Source: Desulfosudaceae bacterium (GTDB taxonomy: Bacteria > Desulfobacterota > Desulfobacteria > Desulfobacterales > Desulfosudaceae). From it: a stretch of DNA of 64,000 nt. The notes beneath the pieces were generated by a model. That model saw only the letters and a program-made list of their open reading frames with translations, was not told the origin of the DNA and ran no database searches. This document shows, piece after piece, positions 59,686 through 64,000 of this stretch (the stretch's first letter is position 1; the number at the start of each line of letters is the position of its first letter). The DNA is taken from contig CAXXDV010000001.1 of NCBI GenBank assembly GCA_963674745.2, positions 1,760,001 through 1,824,000 of the forward strand, read 5' to 3'. A program made the translations under genes and the position numbers.

Positions 59686-60390
59686 TCACATGTCAAGAAA
59701 CGGTTTTTGAGCGACCGTCTCTCCGGGCGGGACAATAACAAAATCCTGTTCGTCGTAAGGGCCGAACAATAATTTACGGAAAAAAGCACCGGTGCCGGTT
59801 TTCTCTACAAAGGTTTTTTCAAAAAACCGGGCGTTGTCGATGGCCCTTTGTTTTAAGGCCGCCTGGTCCCGGCTGTTTCCCGTATGAATCAATACAATCT
59901 GGGTGTAGTGCTTCAGCTCCTCTTTGGCCGCCCATTCGGCTTCTTCCCGGCCGACCCGGGGAACATAATCATTTTCCATAAAACCCAGGGGGTCTTTTTG
60001 TTCGGCGACCCACCCGGGGGTGAGATAGTATGCGCCGGGATTTTTTTTGAATGCGTCCAGGTAGGCATTACGGTTGCCGAGGAACAGGGCAATACAGTCA
60101 TGCACCCGGGGGATGATCAGCCCCTGGGCCGGTGCCCTGACGCCGACAATGCCGTTGGCGCACAGGCCGTAACCCAGCACGATGGTTGAAACATCGTTGC
60201 TGACATCGTCGATGGCCGCCTGAATGACAAGCGGCAGCTGATCAGGCGTTCGGTGTAAGGCCTGCTTCAGGTAAGTAGCCCTTATGTCATAATTCCATGC
60301 ATCGGCCAGCAGATGGTCGATCTCCGGCTGCAGTGAGCGGCAGGCGATGATTTGTTTTTTTTCGGTTTCGGTCATTTGTATGTCCTGCAT
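59686..60390 (-). CDS. DUF1638 domain protein
   Basis: IIAC, LHRTP, LGYGLCANG, PRVHDCIALFLG, YYLTPGW. Confidence 0.85.
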   Translation of the reverse strand: MQDIQMTETEKKQIIACRSLQPEIDHLLADAWNYDIRATYLKQALHRTPDQLPLVIQAAIDDVSNDVSTIVLGYGLCANGIVGVRAPAQGLIIPRVHDCIALFLGNRNAYLDAFKKNPGAYYLTPGWVAEQKDPLGFMENDYVPRVGREEAEWAAKEELKHYTQIVLIHTGNSRDQAALKQRAIDNARFFEKTFVEKTGTGAFFRKLLFGPYDEQDFVIVPPGETVAQKPFLDM

Positions 60391-60428
60391 TAATTTAATC
60401 TGCTCTTCATCTGTTTATTGAGCAAACA

Positions 60429-60463
60429 GGATCCAAGGATTCAAGGGGTCGAGGGTTCAAGTG
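60429..60463. repeat. CTTGAACC-type octamer tandem repeat (inverted relative to 26508)
   Basis: GGATCCAA GGATTCAA GGGGTCGA GGGTTCAA GTG. Confidence 0.7.
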
Positions 60464-60484
60464 GGTGTTGTTCCCTCGAACCCT

Positions 60485-62182
60485 TCAAACAAACTCCATG
60501 TTTTCCACAAAGGCCATCATAAAGTCAGGTCGTTCCGCCAGAGACAGGTGCTCGGCTTCCGCCAGCCGGGCTTCGATAAACCGGCGCGCGTTTGTGTCGG
60601 TCAACATCCGCTGACAGCCCAGCAGACTGGAATTCCCGGCAAAGCTGAGTTTTCCCGTCAGTTCCGGCGGCAACAGGCCGATGGCCGCCAGGCTGTCGGG
60701 ATTCAGGGTAAAACCGAAACCGCCGGCCACGACCACCTCATCAATCTCCTGGCCAATTTCCTTGATAAAAATATCAACCGCCGTTCTGATAGCGCTTTTG
60801 GCCAGCTGAACCTGGCGGATATCTTTTTGCGTGAAAAAAACGTTGTCTCCGTAAGCAAAAGCCGTTACGTCGTCGACATGCTGTATGCAGGCCGTAATGT
60901 CTGTTGAAAACCGGCCGTCGTTGTCGGGGACATCCATGCGGCCGCTGGGGTCGATTACGCCCAGCTTGAGCAGGCCGGCGGTCAGGTCGATAATGCCGCT
61001 GCCGCAGATGCCTCTGGCCGGCGCCCCGCCGATGGTGGAGATGCCCAAGCCGTCGCCGACCACTTCGACGGTTTCAACCGCCCCGATGCCGGCCCGCATG
61101 CCGCTGGACATGCCCATGCCCTCAAAAGCAGGGCCGGCGGCGGTTGAGGTGATCAGAATCCGGTCATCCGTCTGCAGGCCGATTTCACCGTTGGTACCGA
61201 TGTCGATAAACAAAACCGTTTTGTTCCGGTTAAAAAAGCCGTCACAAATCAGCATGCCGGCGCTGATGTCGGAACCCACAAAGGCATGGGCGACCGGCGG
61301 AACGTAAACCTGCGCGGCAGGGTTAATCGTGTCAGGCAAAAATGTTCGGGCCGGGTAGCAACGGCCGCCTTCGATATCCACGTCAAACGGAGACCTGCCC
61401 AGTGGTTCGGGGTTGATTCCGGCCGCGATCTGCAGCATGGCCGTATTGCCGCCAACGACCACATCCAGGATTTCCATCGGATCGGCCCGGGTATGAACGC
61501 AGACTTCCCGGATAATTTTCCGGAGTCCCTTGTTCACCTCGCCGGTCAAATCCCGCAGGCCGTCCGGTGTGGAGCCTGTTTGAATACGGGTCATAACGTC
61601 ATGCCCCATGGCAATCTGCGGGTTTAGTGTGGAAACCGTGGAAAGCACCCGGCCGGTCTCAAGGCAGACCAGGCTGCCGACCAATGTCGTGGTGCCGATG
61701 TCAATGGCGAGGCCCTTGGGAGAAAACCGCTGTTCCCAGTTGGACAGTGAAAAACATTCGTTTTCATAGTACATGGCAACACAATCGTTCCGGGGTTCGG
61801 TTTCCAGCCGGACGGCAAAAGCGGTTTTATTCGGGGCAATCTCCTCTTCCGTTGATTCTCCCGAGAAAACGGTGCCTTCCAGGATAGGCACTTCATCATC
61901 ATCCGGCGTGATCGACAAAACCGTTACCGCCATGTCACGATCCGCTTCCAGGCGGCAGGCCAGTCGAACGCCCCGGGCGGCGTCTTCACTGCTGATGGTT
62001 TCATGCGGCGTTTCCGGGACGACCAACGGATTATTAACCCGGACCAGGCACTGGCCGCATACCCCCTGACCGTTGCAGGGGGTTTCCAGGGGCACTCCGG
62101 CACGTAAAAGAACATCCCGGATGGTTTCGCCGGTAAATGCGGTGATGCTTTTTTTCTCTGGCAAAATGATGATGTCAGCCAT
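60485..62182 (-). CDS. Reductive activator of corrinoid proteins (RACo/RamA-like, 2Fe-2S plus ASKHA)
   Basis: CNGQGVCGQC...RLAC, DIGTTT, NPQ...GHDVMTRI, FVGSD, DIGTNGE, TAAGPAFEG, GICGSG, QKDIRQVQLAKSAI. Confidence 0.92.
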   Translation of the reverse strand: MADIIILPEKKSITAFTGETIRDVLLRAGVPLETPCNGQGVCGQCLVRVNNPLVVPETPHETISSEDAARGVRLACRLEADRDMAVTVLSITPDDDEVPILEGTVFSGESTEEEIAPNKTAFAVRLETEPRNDCVAMYYENECFSLSNWEQRFSPKGLAIDIGTTTLVGSLVCLETGRVLSTVSTLNPQIAMGHDVMTRIQTGSTPDGLRDLTGEVNKGLRKIIREVCVHTRADPMEILDVVVGGNTAMLQIAAGINPEPLGRSPFDVDIEGGRCYPARTFLPDTINPAAQVYVPPVAHAFVGSDISAGMLICDGFFNRNKTVLFIDIGTNGEIGLQTDDRILITSTAAGPAFEGMGMSSGMRAGIGAVETVEVVGDGLGISTIGGAPARGICGSGIIDLTAGLLKLGVIDPSGRMDVPDNDGRFSTDITACIQHVDDVTAFAYGDNVFFTQKDIRQVQLAKSAIRTAVDIFIKEIGQEIDEVVVAGGFGFTLNPDSLAAIGLLPPELTGKLSFAGNSSLLGCQRMLTDTNARRFIEARLAEAEHLSLAERPDFMMAFVENMEFV

Positions 62183-62196
62183 AATTGTGTCCAGTG

Positions 62197-62742
62197 TCAG
62201 TCATGACGCAAGGGAGAAAAGGAAACGGATTCTGTGAAATCTTCCGTCAGGGCATCCAGCTTGCGCCGGAGCGTTTCATTTTCCAGTTCCGGTGGAACAG
62301 CGACCAGGATGCGCATGCTGAATTCGGCGCTGTCGCTGTCTGTTTCCAGCGTGTCCAGGCTGGTCTCCATTTCAATGATATTAATGCCCAGCGCGGACAA
62401 AAGCTGTGACGTCCGGTAGACAATGCCCATACGATCCTGGCCTTTGACGCGGATTTCATAATTCGGCTGTCTTGGCGCACCGGTTTCTTCTTCAGCGTCG
62501 CGTTTAAAAACGGTCACGCTCAGGTCATGTTCTTCCCTCAACCGGTAGCAGGCATCACGTAGTTTTTCATACGTGTCCGCCTGTTCACCGGTAACCAGGA
62601 TCATCAGGGAAAAATGGGTCCCCAGAAAGGTCATCCGGGAATCTTCAAAATTAAAGCCGCAGTCGTAAATCGCTCTGGAAATCCGGGCGACGATACCGGT
62701 AATATTGGCGCCCACGGCCGAAATGATAAAATGCTGTGTCAT
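62197..62742 (-). CDS. Tandem ACT-domain protein (GcvR-like)
   Basis: IISAVG...GIVARIS...NFEDSRMT...FSLMIL and a second ACT GQDRMGIV...GINI. Confidence 0.85.
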   Translation of the reverse strand: MTQHFIISAVGANITGIVARISRAIYDCGFNFEDSRMTFLGTHFSLMILVTGEQADTYEKLRDACYRLREEHDLSVTVFKRDAEEETGAPRQPNYEIRVKGQDRMGIVYRTSQLLSALGINIIEMETSLDTLETDSDSAEFSMRILVAVPPELENETLRRKLDALTEDFTESVSFSPLRHD

Positions 62743-62760
62743 GGTTTTCTCAAATTTTTT

Positions 62761-62850
62761 TGACACAGATGGCAGGGATGGGCACGGATTTTTTTAAGAA
62801 TATTTTATCCATAAAATCCGTGTAATCCGTGTAATCCATGTCTTATTATA
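62761..62850. repeat. Nonamer-based inverted repeat (CACGGAT / ATCCGTGTA family)
   Basis: GACACAGATGGCAGGGATGGGCACGGATTTT ... AAAATCCGTGTAATCCGTGTAATCCATGTC. Confidence 0.65.
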
Positions 62851-62888
62851 TAATTGAATATTTCCTAAACAACTAAATTTTGGAGAGA

Positions 62889-62922
62889 ACACGGGCAAGC
62901 TGTCGCTTCGCCCGTGGCACCC
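62889..62922. repeat. REP-like hairpin, second copy of the CACGGGC...GCCCGTGGCACCC family
   Basis: ACACGGGCAAGCTGTCGCTTCGCCCGTGGCACCC versus 11714-11746. Confidence 0.7.
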
Positions 62923-62971
62923 ATTTTTGTTTTTTCCCAAATAACGAATTACGACACAATCTGCGGTCCCG

Positions 62972-63075
62972 AACTTAAAACTCTAACACTTTAAAACCCT
63001 AAAACACTTAAAGCCCCGGTATTTCAAAACCCTCCGCCCCCCTAACCACCTAATCACATAACCACTTAACCACTC
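62972..63075. repeat. Degenerate C/A-rich tandem array with about 8-nt period
   Basis: TAAAACTCTAACACTTTAAAACCCTAAAACACTTAAAG...CTAACCACCTAATCACATAACCACTTAACCAC; same units as 23497-23560. Confidence 0.65.
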
Positions 63076-64000
63076 TTATATTCCCGGGCTGCCTAGAGCC
63101 CTGGCCAGAATCCGATTCAGCGGCCCCTCGACAGTTTCCGACAGGGTCACCCGGGGGGCTTTAGCCCCGGCGGTGCAACATTTCTCCTGCGCTGTCCGGG
63201 AGACCGTCTCCCGGGCAAATTCCATGGCCGTCTTTTCTTCCTTGAAAACACGCCGGGATTCCCCGGATTGCATGATAAACTGTCTGGTTTCTCCGGATTC
63301 GTGAACATAGACCAGTGCCTCGGCTTCGGTCATAATCAGGCCGACAACAGCCCCGGCGGCATTGGCCACCGATGCGTATTCCGGCAGGACAAATTGAGCG
63401 TTCAAGATGTCGGCCACCCGCTTGACAAAATAACCGGCCGGCGCGCCGATTCCGATAACCGGAAACCTGCTGGAAATTGATATGGATACGGCCGCCTTTT
63501 TTTCGCCCAGGGATTGATCAAACAGCCACCGTCCCCACTTGCCGTCTATGCGTTCAGGAAGCGGGTGCCTTTCCCTGGCCAGAAACACGATGGCCTCTTC
63601 AGCGATCATGGCGGTAATGCGATCCAGTACCGGTTGAATAAAATCCGCCGGCGTTTTCCGGCACAACTGGCAGATCCCGGAAACAGCCAGTTCGGACGTC
63701 CGGGCGCACCAGTTATCCATTTCATTGCCGGCATGCAGCAGGTCTGTAGGTGTCAGCGTGGCTACACCGATATTACCATTCCGGATCAGTGTCTCGGCGT
63801 CGAGTTGAACCTCATGGTGTACCCCGGTTGTTTTCAGAACGGCCGAAAGGCTCTGGGGCTTTTCGGTCAACAGGGAAAAAAGGTGCCGCACGGGCGAAGA
63901 ACAGGCCGCCAGGACTTCCGGTTCCGGCTGTTTCTGCAGCAGCCAGTAGGTCAGGTCTGTTGAATTCCATATGTAACCCCGGCGCTTATCAAGTCTTTCC
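63076..64000 (-). CDS. Hydantoinase/oxoprolinase family protein, C-terminal part (5' end outside the window)
   Basis: LTPTDLLH, PVIGIGAPA, LPEYASVANAAGAV; the frame stays open to the window edge. Confidence 0.8.
   Translation of the reverse strand, partial: ERLDKRRGYIWNSTDLTYWLLQKQPEPEVLAACSSPVRHLFSLLTEKPQSLSAVLKTTGVHHEVQLDAETLIRNGNIGVATLTPTDLLHAGNEMDNWCARTSELAVSGICQLCRKTPADFIQPVLDRITAMIAEEAIVFLARERHPLPERIDGKWGRWLFDQSLGEKKAAVSISISSRFPVIGIGAPAGYFVKRVADILNAQFVLPEYASVANAAGAVVGLIMTEAEALVYVHESGETRQFIMQSGESRRVFKEEKTAMEFARETVSRTAQEKCCTAGAKAPRVTLSETVEGPLNRILARALGSPGI

Overview
A gene-dense chromosomal window from an anaerobic, probably sulfate-reducing deltaproteobacterium (Desulfobacterales-like; this is an inference from gene content). 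It carries C1/corrinoid genes (fhs, an AcsE-like methyltransferase, a RACo activator, DUF1638, a B12 radical SAM), selA, tetrapyrrole genes (hemA, hemC, cobA-hemD, sirC, ccsA), two NDP-forming acyl-CoA synthetases, a ZraPSR-like two-component locus with a clear sigma54 promoter, a divergent EF-G paralogue, a GAF-PilB ATPase, a BMP-type ABC transporter, gpgS and moaA. No rRNA, tRNA, CRISPR array or transposase was seen. Several families of small intergenic repeats are present (MITE-like, REP-like, octamer arrays). The best candidates for undescribed biology are: (i) a roughly 340-nt ORF-less, terminator-bounded, strongly structured minus-strand RNA at about 43190-43535; (ii) an FHA / Hanks kinase / degenerate-GGDEF signalling triad; (iii) a divergent DUF89/ARMT1-like protein paired with a radical SAM enzyme; (iv) a C-rich anti-SD hairpin in the 3' UTR of the zraP/cpxP-like gene; (v) an M20 pseudo-peptidase coupled to gpgS; (vi) an oxidoreductase that apparently needs a non-canonical ATC start. 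All calls come from reading motifs by eye; no database searches were run.
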